From Bryobacteraceae bacterium (GTDB lineage: Bacteria; Acidobacteriota; Terriglobia; Bryobacterales; Bryobacteraceae), in assembly GCA_036404435.1 (NCBI GenBank), contig DASWZN010000025.1, positions 29,277 through 93,276 of the forward strand: a stretch of 64,000 nucleotides of DNA, given 5' to 3'. The first letter of the stretch is position 1. Each line of letters begins with the position of its first letter. The translations under genes were made by a program, and so were the position numbers. The notes under the pieces were generated by a model. That model saw only the letters and a list, made by a program, of their open reading frames with translations. It did not search any database and was not told the DNA's origin. This document shows positions 9,990 through 18,810 of this stretch, piece by piece.

Positions 9990-10027
9990 GTTGATAGGAC
10001 GCAGGCTTTGCGTCAAACGAGCACCCC

Positions 10028-11329
10028 GTGAAAACCCTCGCTCTTGAGGCGGTCTCGAAGACATATTCCATCTACGCGTCTCCAGGTGATCGCCTGCGGG
10101 AGCTAGCCTCATTTCCGCGCCGCACCTACCATCGGGATTTCTGGGCGCTCCGTGACGTTTCTTTTGCGGTCGAAAGCGGCGAGGTCTTCTGTGTCATAGG
10201 CGAGAACGGAGCGGGCAAGAGCACCCTGCTGCAACTCGTCGCCGGCATTCTCGAGCCGACCGCCGGATCGGTAACAAGGGCCGGCCATGTCTCTGCGCTT
10301 CTGGAGCTCGGCGCAGGCTTCGACCCAGAATTCACGGGCCGCGACAACGTCTACCTCAACGGAGCCATCTGCGGCTTCTCGGGCCGGGAAATCGACGCCA
10401 AGTTTCAGCAGGTTCAGGACTTCTCCGAAATCGGCGAGTTCATGAACCGCCCTCTCAAGACCTACTCAAGCGGCATGGTGGTGCGCTTGGCATTTGCCGT
10501 CGCTATTCATGCCGACCCGGAGATCCTCCTGGTCGATGAGGCCCTCTCGGTGGGCGACGCCTATTTCCGCCAGAAGTGCATGCGCAAGGTGCACGAGCTG
10601 CGGTCGAAGGGAATCACCATCCTCTTCGTTTCGCACGCCATCGCCGATGTCGCCGCCATTGGCGACCGGACCCTCTGGCTAGACCACGGACGCGTCCGCG
10701 AGCTCGGCGACACGGAAACCGTGGTGGCCAAGTATCTGGACGCCATGGCCCGCAAGGATGCCGCCTACGTCGAGAGCCGGCGGTCCCTGGACCACCAGGA
10801 GACGCTTCCCCTGTCGCCGGCCCCCGTCGATCGCCTGCCCAACGTGGACCATCGTTCCGGCGACGGCCGCGCACGGGTAACGGGCATTGCCTTGCTGGAC
10901 GATACGGGCGAGCCCGTGGCCCAACTTCAGCCTTCCTCGCGTATGATCGTCCGCATCGCCGTTCGCGCCGATGCATCCATCCGGCGTCCCGTCGTCGGCT
11001 TCACGCTGCGCAATCACCTCGGGTTCGATTTCTCCGGGACGGATACCTCGCGGGAGAATACCGAATTGCCGGAGTTGAAGGCGGGCGAGGTCCTGGCGGT
11101 GGACTTCCACATGAATCTGCCGGGACTCTATCCCGCCATCTTCTCCTTCTCTCCGGCCGTGGCCGACGGCGTCTTCGAGCCATGCGCCATGTGCGATTGG
11201 ATCGACAACGCCGTCACGGTCCAGATGGCCTCCGGCGCAGAGCGGGTTTATGGCTACACGCACGTCCCGTGCCGGATCGAGCTGAATACCAAGCTCTCGG
11301 GATCTGCGTCCCCAGAGGTGATTCCTTGA
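10028..11329 (+). CDS. wzt: polysaccharide ABC-transporter ATP-binding protein (Wzt/TagH-like) with extra C-terminal domain
   Basis: 433 aa with Walker A GENGAGKST, signature YSSGM, Walker B ILLVDEALSVGD, and a roughly 190-aa non-ATPase C-terminal extension, as in Wzt proteins that carry a glycan-cap-binding module. Confidence 0.85.
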   Translation: MKTLALEAVSKTYSIYASPGDRLRELASFPRRTYHRDFWALRDVSFAVESGEVFCVIGENGAGKSTLLQLVAGILEPTAGSVTRAGHVSALLELGAGFDPEFTGRDNVYLNGAICGFSGREIDAKFQQVQDFSEIGEFMNRPLKTYSSGMVVRLAFAVAIHADPEILLVDEALSVGDAYFRQKCMRKVHELRSKGITILFVSHAIADVAAIGDRTLWLDHGRVRELGDTETVVAKYLDAMARKDAAYVESRRSLDHQETLPLSPAPVDRLPNVDHRSGDGRARVTGIALLDDTGEPVAQLQPSSRMIVRIAVRADASIRRPVVGFTLRNHLGFDFSGTDTSRENTELPELKAGEVLAVDFHMNLPGLYPAIFSFSPAVADGVFEPCAMCDWIDNAVTVQMASGAERVYGYTHVPCRIELNTKLSGSASPEVIP

Positions 11330-12570
11330 TTGAGTTCACCGGGGAACGTGTCATCCCAGCCCGGGTCGATGTCGACCTCTGGAACGAGCACCTCGCCCGT
11401 TATGCGTTTGCGGCGCGTCTGTCCGGAGGAAAGCGCGTCCTGGATGCCGGCTGTGGCGCCGGCTACGGCTGCGCAGCGTTGGCGCAACAGGCCTTGAGCG
11501 TCACCGGGCTCGACGCCGCACCGGAGGCCATTGCCTACGCACGCGAGCACTACGCCGCCGCAAACGTGCGGTTTCTGGAAGGCTCGTGCTCGGCGATGCC
11601 GCTGGCGGACGCCGGCTTCGACCTCGTCACCTCGTTCGAGGTGATCGAGCACCTGGCGGACTGGCAGGCCTTCCTTTCGGAAAGCCGGCGTGTTCTGGCT
11701 CCCGGCGGCGTGTTCCTGCTATCGACGCCGAACCGGGACTACTACGCCGAGGCCCGCCGCCTCACCGGCCCCAATCCGTTTCACGCGCACGAGTTCAGCT
11801 TCGACGAGTTCGCATCGGTGCTCACGGCTCTGTTCCCCCACGTCCATCTCTACCTGCAGAACCATGCCGTAGGGATCGCGTTTCAAGGGCTCTCGCCAAG
11901 CGGAGAGAGCCAGCCTGAGTTGCAGCAGGCTGGCCAGCCCTCCGATCCCCACGATGCCCATTTCTTCCTGGCGGTGTGCTCCGCTTCGCCTCACCCGGCT
12001 CCGCCGCCGTTCGTCTACATCCCTTCCACGGCCAACGTTCTCCATGAGCGCGAGCTGCATATCGGCAAACTCGAAATCGACGTCAATCGGCTGCGCGTGG
12101 AGAAAGAGAAGCTGGTGGAGATGTTCCGAGCGCAGGAGGCCGCCCTCGAAGAGGCCAACAAGTGGGCCCGGCAGCTCGACGAGAAGCTGGCCGCCGCCTC
12201 GACCCGGATCGTCGAGCTGCAAGACGAACTCCAACACACGACCGCCGGCTATGAGGCCAAGGTGGCTGAGCTCGAGGCCGAGAATCGCGCTAAGACCGAG
12301 TGGGCCACAAGCCTGTCGGCGGCGCTCGAACAGAGCAACCTCACGGTCCGCGAACTCGGGGAGCAACTGCTCACCGCGCTTGGTCGAGGACAGCAGCGCA
12401 CGGAGGACCTGGAAAAGAGCAACCGCAAGGCGCAGGCACTCGAAGCCGGGCTCGACGCCAAGGATGTGTGGGCGCGGCGCCTCCAGGCGCAACTCGATTT
12501 GGTCCGGGCTTCGCGCTGGGTAAAGCTGGGCAATCGGTTCGGACTCGGTCCCAAGCTCAACGGCGGTTGA
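11326..12570 (+). CDS. class I SAM-dependent methyltransferase fused to long C-terminal coiled coil (WbdD-like chain terminator candidate)
   Basis: The TTG start overlaps the wzt stop (TTGA). SAM motif I is VLDAGCGAGYG. About 190 aa of heptad-like charged sequence follow (LEIDVNRLRVEKEKLVEMFRAQEAALEEANKWARQLDEKL...). The upstream part of track ORF 10576-12570 is off-frame overlap with wzt. The exact start is uncertain. Confidence 0.7.
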   Translation: MIEFTGERVIPARVDVDLWNEHLARYAFAARLSGGKRVLDAGCGAGYGCAALAQQALSVTGLDAAPEAIAYAREHYAAANVRFLEGSCSAMPLADAGFDLVTSFEVIEHLADWQAFLSESRRVLAPGGVFLLSTPNRDYYAEARRLTGPNPFHAHEFSFDEFASVLTALFPHVHLYLQNHAVGIAFQGLSPSGESQPELQQAGQPSDPHDAHFFLAVCSASPHPAPPPFVYIPSTANVLHERELHIGKLEIDVNRLRVEKEKLVEMFRAQEAALEEANKWARQLDEKLAAASTRIVELQDELQHTTAGYEAKVAELEAENRAKTEWATSLSAALEQSNLTVRELGEQLLTALGRGQQRTEDLEKSNRKAQALEAGLDAKDVWARRLQAQLDLVRASRWVKLGNRFGLGPKLNGG

Positions 12571-12571
12571 C

Positions 12572-14959
12572 ATGCGCAGTCTGGCCCGTTTCCTGCTGCG
12601 TCTTCCGCTACTGGTCCTGTGCCCGGTGGCTCTGCTCCTGGCCGCGGCAGCACTCGCGATGGCCGACCTGGTGTGGCTCCTCTGCGGGAAGCGGCAGGCC
12701 CGCTCCGACGCAGCGCCGGACGGCCTCGCTGCCTCGCTGGTGATCCCCAACTGGAACGGGCGCGAGCTGCTCGAGAAGTACCTCCCCTCGGTGATCGCCG
12801 CGCTCGGCGGCACGCCCGGCAACGAAGTCATCGTGGTCGATAACGGCTCCACGGACGGAAGCGCCACTTTCCTCCGGGAGCGCTTCCCCGAGGTGAGACT
12901 GGTGGCGCTCGACCGCAACCACGGATTCGGCGGGGGGGCGAACGCCGGAGTCCGCGCCGCAAGAAACGGCATCGTCGTTCTACTGAACAACGACATGCGC
13001 GTGGAACCGGATTTCCTGGCGCCCTTGCTGGCGGGCTTCCGCAATGAGAACGTCTTCGCCGTTTCCTGCCGGATCTTCTTCAGCGATCCCAGCCGCAGGC
13101 GCGAGGAGACCGGCCTAACGCAAGGTTGGTGGCGCGACGGCACGCTCCGCCTGGGCCACCGGATCGACGATGGCGTGCGGAATCTTTACCCGTGCTTCTA
13201 CGGCGGGGGCGGCTCCTGCGCCTTCGACCGGCGCAAGTTCCTCGAGCTCGGCGGCTTCGATCCGTTGCTGGCACCCTTCTATCTAGAGGACGCGGACCTC
13301 GGGTTCCAGGCCTGGAAGCGGGGATGGCAGGTGCTTTACCAGCCCGCAAGCTCGGTGGTTCACGAGCACCGGGGCACCATCGGCAAGCGCTTCACGGCGG
13401 ACCAGATCGACGCCGTGTACCGGAAGAACTACGTCCTTTTCGCCTGGAAGAACATACACGACTGGCGGAAGCTGGCCGCGCACTTTGCCTTCGCCCTGGG
13501 AGGCGCTCTAGGGAGCGCGGTGGCCGGGGACTCTCCCCTGCGAGCCAGCGCCGTGGGCATCTGGCGCGCCTTCCTCCAGTTACCCAAGGCGCTTGCTTCG
13601 CGCTGGCGCGCCCGGCGCCTGGCGACGGTTTCCGACAGCGAGGCGTTCCTCCGGCCGCTCGGCGGGTACTTCCGCGATCGCTTCGAGCTGGAGGCCTCCC
13701 GCGGCGCCCCCGAGAGGCCGTCCGTCCTCTTCGTCTCCCCCTACCCGCTTTCGCCACCGATGCACGGCGGAGCCGTCTTCATGAGCGCCACGGTCAGGGA
13801 GCTCGCCCGGCTCGCGGAACTGCACTTGGTTTGCATGCTCGAACATCCCGGCCAGCGGGAGTCCCAGCAAGAGCTGGCGCAGCTTTGCGCTTCCGCCGAG
13901 TTTCTGGTCCGCCACGCGCCGGCGAAGCGCCTCGGCTCGCCGCAGTCCTACGCGGTTCGCGAGTTCGCAGACGACGACTTTCAGTGGCTCGTGCATCGCC
14001 AGATCTACACCCGCCGCGTCGACGTCGTTCAAATCGAGTACACGCACATGGCCCAATACGCGGGCCGGTATCGCAAAATCGCCAGCGTTCTCTTCGAACA
14101 CGATATCTACTTTCAGTCGATCGCCCGAAGTGTGGCGGCGGGGCGCGGCGGGCCGAGGCTGAAGGCGGGATTGGAGTACTTGCGCGCGCTGCGGTTCGAG
14201 CTGGGAATCCTGCCTCGGATGGATCGCATTCAGGTCTGCAGCCGCGAGAACAAGGAATACCTGGCGTCCTTCCTGCCTCGGCTCGAAAGCCGGATCCAGC
14301 CGGGGCTGCGGGCCGGTATCGACACTCGCAACTACTGTTTCCGCGCCCGGGAGAGAGCCCCCTTCACGATGCTCTTCCTGGGCAGCTTCCGCCACCCGCC
14401 GAACCGCGCGGCGCTGGGCTGGTTCGTAGAAAAGGTGCTGCCGCTCGTGACGGCGGAGTGCCCGGCCGCGCGGCTGGTGGTGGTCGGCTCGGAGATGCCG
14501 GTTGCCCATGGCCTGCCGTGGTCGCCCGCGATCGAGTTGCGCGGCCCGGTGGACGACGCGAGGGAGCCGCTGGGACGCTACTCCCTGTTCGTGTGCCCGG
14601 TGCTGAGCGGATCGGGCGTCAGAGTGAAGCTCCTGGAGGCCTTCGCCGCCGGGATTCCCGCCGTCTCAACCAGATTGGGCGCCGAGGGCCTGACTCGCAC
14701 CGACGGCGAGTTCTGCGCCCTGGCCGACGATGCGGCGGCCTTCGCCGGCAAGATCGTGGATCTGTTCGTTCACCCCGAAAAAGCGGTCGAGATGGCGGAG
14801 CGCGTGCGCCGCGAGGTCGAAGCCGCATGGGACATCCGCGCGGTCACTGCCAGACTGGTGGAGAGCTACCGGGAAACTCTGGAGGAGAAACGCGGCCGCG
14901 CCCCGACCAGAGAACCGGCCTGCTCCTCCGACGTGGGACGGAAGGTTTTGCCCGGCTAA
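12572..14959 (+). CDS. membrane-anchored bifunctional glycosyltransferase (N-terminal GT2 + C-terminal GT4/GT-B domain)
   Basis: 795 aa with an N-terminal TM helix. GT2 motifs are SLVIPNWNGRELL...VIVVDNGSTDGS...LLNNDM. The C-terminal GT-B E-x7-E region is GVRVKLLEAFAAGIPAVSTRLGAEG. Confidence 0.8.
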   Translation: MRSLARFLLRLPLLVLCPVALLLAAAALAMADLVWLLCGKRQARSDAAPDGLAASLVIPNWNGRELLEKYLPSVIAALGGTPGNEVIVVDNGSTDGSATFLRERFPEVRLVALDRNHGFGGGANAGVRAARNGIVVLLNNDMRVEPDFLAPLLAGFRNENVFAVSCRIFFSDPSRRREETGLTQGWWRDGTLRLGHRIDDGVRNLYPCFYGGGGSCAFDRRKFLELGGFDPLLAPFYLEDADLGFQAWKRGWQVLYQPASSVVHEHRGTIGKRFTADQIDAVYRKNYVLFAWKNIHDWRKLAAHFAFALGGALGSAVAGDSPLRASAVGIWRAFLQLPKALASRWRARRLATVSDSEAFLRPLGGYFRDRFELEASRGAPERPSVLFVSPYPLSPPMHGGAVFMSATVRELARLAELHLVCMLEHPGQRESQQELAQLCASAEFLVRHAPAKRLGSPQSYAVREFADDDFQWLVHRQIYTRRVDVVQIEYTHMAQYAGRYRKIASVLFEHDIYFQSIARSVAAGRGGPRLKAGLEYLRALRFELGILPRMDRIQVCSRENKEYLASFLPRLESRIQPGLRAGIDTRNYCFRARERAPFTMLFLGSFRHPPNRAALGWFVEKVLPLVTAECPAARLVVVGSEMPVAHGLPWSPAIELRGPVDDAREPLGRYSLFVCPVLSGSGVRVKLLEAFAAGIPAVSTRLGAEGLTRTDGEFCALADDAAAFAGKIVDLFVHPEKAVEMAERVRREVEAAWDIRAVTARLVESYRETLEEKRGRAPTREPACSSDVGRKVLPG

Positions 14960-15625
14960 TCAGTGGCTCTTCAAGTCCTGCTGAATCCGGCTGGCGATGC
15001 GGCCGGCCGTGCGGTCCAGTTGAACCGGCGATGCGTCTCTCGGTTGTGCGTAGATGGACCAGAGCACCATCCGCGAGTGTGGATCCACCAGAAAGAGGGT
15101 CCCTTTGGACCGATGGAACGAGGACACCAGCGGGGCCGTATCACCCTGCTTCTCAGGTTCGCTGGCCGCAGCCTTCTCCTGCGGGGGCGACGGTGGAGGC
15201 TGCTTTTCCGACGCGGGCGGGGCCGCTGTGGGAGTTGCGGGAGCCGGCGGCTGGGCCGCCGAAGTGCCGGGAGCCGGGAGCGGCTGCACGGCAGCCGCGG
15301 GCGGCTGAGCGGGCGCCGCCACTTCCGGCGGGGCGGGGGGCGCCTTCTCGTCACTCGCCGGCTTTGCCGGCCTCTCTGGAAACCACTCGGTCTGGCGGCT
15401 CTCGAACGCCTCGCCGATGCGGTCGGTGAAGATCGCATCGGCCTTCTTCGGATCTGTCACCACCTGAAAGACACCCAGGCTGGTAAGGCGGTTGGCCAGG
15501 TACTGCTCCAGTCCGTTTGTCATCGGCAGCAGGTACACCTTGTGAACCTGCGTCAGTTCGGCCTTGGGCGGCGCCGCGAGCGCAACGGCTAGCGAAGAGA
15601 CCAGCACGGCAATAGTCGGCTTCAT
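14960..15625 (-). CDS. secreted hypothetical protein with long Pro/Ala-rich insert
   Basis: The ATG at 15625 gives MKPTIAVLVSSLAVALAAPPKA (signal peptide). About 100 aa of PA-rich low-complexity sequence separate two short structured segments. The remainder of track ORF 14960-16177 is antisense to the next GT gene and was discarded. Confidence 0.55.
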   Translation of the reverse strand: MKPTIAVLVSSLAVALAAPPKAELTQVHKVYLLPMTNGLEQYLANRLTSLGVFQVVTDPKKADAIFTDRIGEAFESRQTEWFPERPAKPASDEKAPPAPPEVAAPAQPPAAAVQPLPAPGTSAAQPPAPATPTAAPPASEKQPPPSPPQEKAAASEPEKQGDTAPLVSSFHRSKGTLFLVDPHSRMVLWSIYAQPRDASPVQLDRTAGRIASRIQQDLKSH

Positions 15626-15739
15626 GACAGGTACCATAATAAGCGATCGGCTGCCAGACGCTGATCCGGCGGGCCGTCTTTGGTAGGACGCGGCAAGAGC
15701 CGAAAAAGTCGTTACCGTCAAAATTCTGCGGATGATAGA

Positions 15740-16759
15740 ATGAACGGGCTTGCGATGCCGGGTGTCACGGTCGTCATCCCGAACTGGAACCGCCGCGACC
15801 TGGTTCGGCGGCTTATCGGGCAACTGCGCGCCCAAAGCCATCCCGTCGCGGAAATCATCGTGGTAGACAACGGCTCCAACGATGGCTCGGCGGAGGCGGC
15901 CCGTCAGGCGGGCGCGCGCGTTCTCGAAATGGGCCGCAACGCCGGTTTCAGCGCCGCCGTCAACCGGGGGATCGCGGAGACTAAAACGGACCTGATGGCG
16001 GTCGTGAACAACGACATCGAGCCGGCCGCGGACTGGCTGGAGCGGCTGGTGGAGGCGGTCCAGGAGCCGCCGGTGTGGTTCGCGGCCGGCAAGCTCCTGA
16101 GCGCCGCCCAGCCGGGCGTGCTCGACGGCGCTTACGACGCACTCTCGCGGGGCGCCTGCGCTTGGCGCGCCGGCCATGGCCGGAAGGACGGCGAAGTCTG
16201 GAACCGCCCCGCACCGATTCGTTTCGCTCCCTTCACCGCCACACTGTTCCGCACGGACCTGTTCGCGAGGATCGGCCCGCTAGACGAGCACTTCGAGTCT
16301 TATCTCGAGGACGTCGACTTCTGCCTGCGCGCGGCCCGCCAGGGCTGTTTCGGAATGTACGTCCCCGCCGCGGTGGCCGTGCACCAGGGCAGCGCCACGC
16401 TGGGACGGTGGCACCCGGAGGTCGTCGAGCGCATCGCGCGCAACCAGGTGCTGCTCGTGGCCAAGCACTACCCTGCGCGCGATCTTCTGCGGTACGGCTG
16501 GCCGATTCTGGTGGCGCAGACGCTGTGGGGAGGCGTAGCGTTGCGGCACGGGCGGCTGCTCTCGTTCCTGCGCGGCAAGATCGGGGGCCTGGCGATGTTC
16601 CGATCTGTGCGGCGCGAGGCCGCCGGGGCCAGCCCTGGGGCGGCGAGCCTTTCCGAGATTCTCGAACAAAGCGAGGCGGAGATCCTCCGCCTCCAGCGCA
16701 GCACCGGTTTCGACCTGTATTGGCGGCTCTATTTCGCCTTGACCTCCGGGACCTTATGA
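15740..16759 (+). CDS. GT2-family glycosyltransferase
   Basis: In-frame ATG at 15740 (MNGLAMPGVTVVIPNWNRRDL). Motifs IIVVDNGSNDGS, GRNAGFSAAVNRGI and VVNNDIE are present. Confidence 0.8.
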   Translation: MNGLAMPGVTVVIPNWNRRDLVRRLIGQLRAQSHPVAEIIVVDNGSNDGSAEAARQAGARVLEMGRNAGFSAAVNRGIAETKTDLMAVVNNDIEPAADWLERLVEAVQEPPVWFAAGKLLSAAQPGVLDGAYDALSRGACAWRAGHGRKDGEVWNRPAPIRFAPFTATLFRTDLFARIGPLDEHFESYLEDVDFCLRAARQGCFGMYVPAAVAVHQGSATLGRWHPEVVERIARNQVLLVAKHYPARDLLRYGWPILVAQTLWGGVALRHGRLLSFLRGKIGGLAMFRSVRREAAGASPGAASLSEILEQSEAEILRLQRSTGFDLYWRLYFALTSGTL

Positions 16760-17667
16760 ACCGCATCGGCATTGTCGTCGTGGCCTACAATTCGGAACGC
16801 GAGATCGGGCGGTGCCTGGATTCGCTTCCCGCCGGCGCGGAGACGGTCGTGGTCGACAACGCGTCGGGGGACGGCACCCGGCGGGAGGTCGCGAGCCGGC
16901 CGGCGGTGAAGCTCATCGCCAATCCGTGGAATCGCGGTTTCGCGGCCGCGGCGAACCAGGGCATCGGCGCTCTCGATTGCGATCTGGCGCTGCTGCTGAA
17001 CCCCGACGTGGAACTACTATCCGGCCTCGATTCGCTTGCCTCTCAGTGCGCCCTCGCCGGGGTCGCCGCGGCGGGAGGGAAACTGCTCGACAAAGATGGA
17101 CGCCCACAGGCCGGATTCATGGTCCGGCGCCTTCCCACACCCCTCACTCTGGCTTTCGAGACCCTGGGGCTGAATCGCCTCTGGCCGCGCAACCCGGTGA
17201 ACCGGCGGTACCACTGTTTCGATCTCGACCCCGACGCGGAGGCCTCCGTCGAGCAGCCCGCGGGCGCGTTCCTGATGATCCGGCGCGACGTGTGGCGGCA
17301 GCTTGGCGGATTTGACGAGTCCTTTTACCCGGTTTGGTTCGAAGACGTGGACTTTGCCAAACGCGTGGCTATGGCGGGGTACACGATCCGCTACACGCCC
17401 TTGACTGTTGCAAAACACAGCGGTGCCCACTCGGTCGGTCAGCTCCCCCGCTCCACCAGGGACCGCCACTGGTATGGTAACCTTCTGAAGTATGCGGTGC
17501 GGCACTTCGCGCGAGGCGGAGCGGTTGTCGTATGCACGTCCGTTCTGGTGGGTTGCGTTCTCCGAGCGGTTTTCGCCCCGTTGAGGGAGAGGCGCTTGGA
17601 AGCGATCTTTAGCTATGTTAGGATAATGCGGCAAGCTGGAGTTCTGCTCTTCTCCGGCGGGCATTAA
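16756..17667 (+). CDS. GT2-family glycosyltransferase
   Basis: Its ATG overlaps the upstream stop (ATGA). Motifs IGIVVVAYNSEREIGRCL, VVVDNASGDGT, NRGFAAAANQGI and LLNPDVE are present. The upstream part of track ORF 16075-17667 is off-frame. Confidence 0.8.
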   Translation: MNRIGIVVVAYNSEREIGRCLDSLPAGAETVVVDNASGDGTRREVASRPAVKLIANPWNRGFAAAANQGIGALDCDLALLLNPDVELLSGLDSLASQCALAGVAAAGGKLLDKDGRPQAGFMVRRLPTPLTLAFETLGLNRLWPRNPVNRRYHCFDLDPDAEASVEQPAGAFLMIRRDVWRQLGGFDESFYPVWFEDVDFAKRVAMAGYTIRYTPLTVAKHSGAHSVGQLPRSTRDRHWYGNLLKYAVRHFARGGAVVVCTSVLVGCVLRAVFAPLRERRLEAIFSYVRIMRQAGVLLFSGGH

Positions 17668-17741
17668 TACGGGTCGTCAGCCTTTGCGGTACAGTAGGGT
17701 GGCGCGGCAGCAATAGCTGTTGGTGCTCAAGTTCATTCGTT

Positions 17742-18809
17742 ATGAGCCATACTGATCTCGTATCCGTAACGATCGTTACCTACAACAGCGGCCGGTTCAT
17801 CAAGCGGTGCCTCCAGTCGGTTCTGGCTCAGGGCTACCCCGAAAAGGAAGTCATTATCATCGATAACGCTTCCACCGACGGGACGCAGGGCATCCTGGAG
17901 CAGTTCGAAGACCGCTGCCGGCTGGTGTTCAACGAAACCAACATCGGGTTCGCGGCCGCGCAGAACCAGGCCATCCAGCTCTCGCGCGGAGATTGGGTCC
18001 TGGCGCTCAACCCGGACGTGCTGCTGACCTCCAGCTTCATCGACGCGCTGGTCGATGCCGGGCACGCGGATGCCAAGGTGGGCACGGTTTGCGGAAAGCT
18101 GCTCACCATGCGGTCCAATCTCACTCTTCCCACGGACCCGCTGGTGGATTCCACGGGGATGTACTTCACGCCCATGCTGCGCCACTTGGACCGTGGCAGC
18201 CAGGAAGTGGACAACGGCCACTATCTCAATTACGAGTACGTTTTCGGCGCCACGGCGGCCGCCGCGCTGTACCGCCGCGAGATGATCGACGACGTCTCGA
18301 TCGACCGCGAGTTTTTCGATCCCGATTTCTTCGTCTACCGCGAAGACGCCGACGTGGCCTGGCGGGCGCAGTTGATGGGCTGGCGCTGCGTGTATACGCC
18401 GCACGCGCGGGGCTATCACGTCCGCAGCGTGCTGCCGGGCAACCGGCGCGCTTTGCCGGCCGAAATCAACATGCACTCGGTGAAGAACCGGTTCCTGATG
18501 CGCATGAAGAACATGACCAGCGACCTCTACCGGCGCAACTGGTTTGCGATCACGGCGCGCGACCTGGTTGTGTTCTCCTGCTGCATGCTGCGCGAGCAGA
18601 CCTCGCTCAAGGCCTTCTGGTTCCTGGTCAAGAACCGCAAGCGCATTCAGGCCAAGCGGCGCGAGATCATGCAGCGGCGCCGCGTGAGCGACGAGTATAT
18701 CGCGACCTGGTTCCACTACCAGCCCGTCAGCAAGCCTGCGCCGAAACTCTCGAAGCGGGCGCGGGCTCAGTATCAGCCCGGCTCACACGCCGAGTTGTTC
18801 GAGTACTAG
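17742..18809 (+). CDS. GT2-family glycosyltransferase
   Basis: 355 aa with VSVTIVTYNSGRFIKRCL, IIIDNASTDGT, NIGFAAAQNQAI and ALNPDVL motifs. Confidence 0.8.
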   Translation: MSHTDLVSVTIVTYNSGRFIKRCLQSVLAQGYPEKEVIIIDNASTDGTQGILEQFEDRCRLVFNETNIGFAAAQNQAIQLSRGDWVLALNPDVLLTSSFIDALVDAGHADAKVGTVCGKLLTMRSNLTLPTDPLVDSTGMYFTPMLRHLDRGSQEVDNGHYLNYEYVFGATAAAALYRREMIDDVSIDREFFDPDFFVYREDADVAWRAQLMGWRCVYTPHARGYHVRSVLPGNRRALPAEINMHSVKNRFLMRMKNMTSDLYRRNWFAITARDLVVFSCCMLREQTSLKAFWFLVKNRKRIQAKRREIMQRRRVSDEYIATWFHYQPVSKPAPKLSKRARAQYQPGSHAELFEY

Positions 18810-18810
18810 G

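Noticed and set aside
9828-10112. ORFs 9828-10112 (-) and 9853-10071 (-) in the spacer and over the wzt start
   Set aside because: They overlap the strong promoter and the wzt start on the opposite strand, and they have Arg/Pro/Gly-rich composition.
10576-11325. N-terminal 250 codons of track ORF 10576-12570; similar N-terminal extensions of ORFs 16075-17667, 35811-37259, 44892-46457, 8145-9404 and 14960-16177
   Set aside because: These parts are off-frame read-through over the upstream gene. Each real gene starts at an internal start codon that overlaps or abuts the upstream stop, and recognisable protein sequence begins only there.
13126-15429. 767-aa plus-strand ORF overlapping the GT2-GT4 gene and the secreted-protein gene
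   Set aside because: It is off-frame relative to a GT with clear motifs. The translation is extreme Arg/Pro/Gly low-complexity sequence (…RRGRLLRLRPAQVPRARRLRS…).
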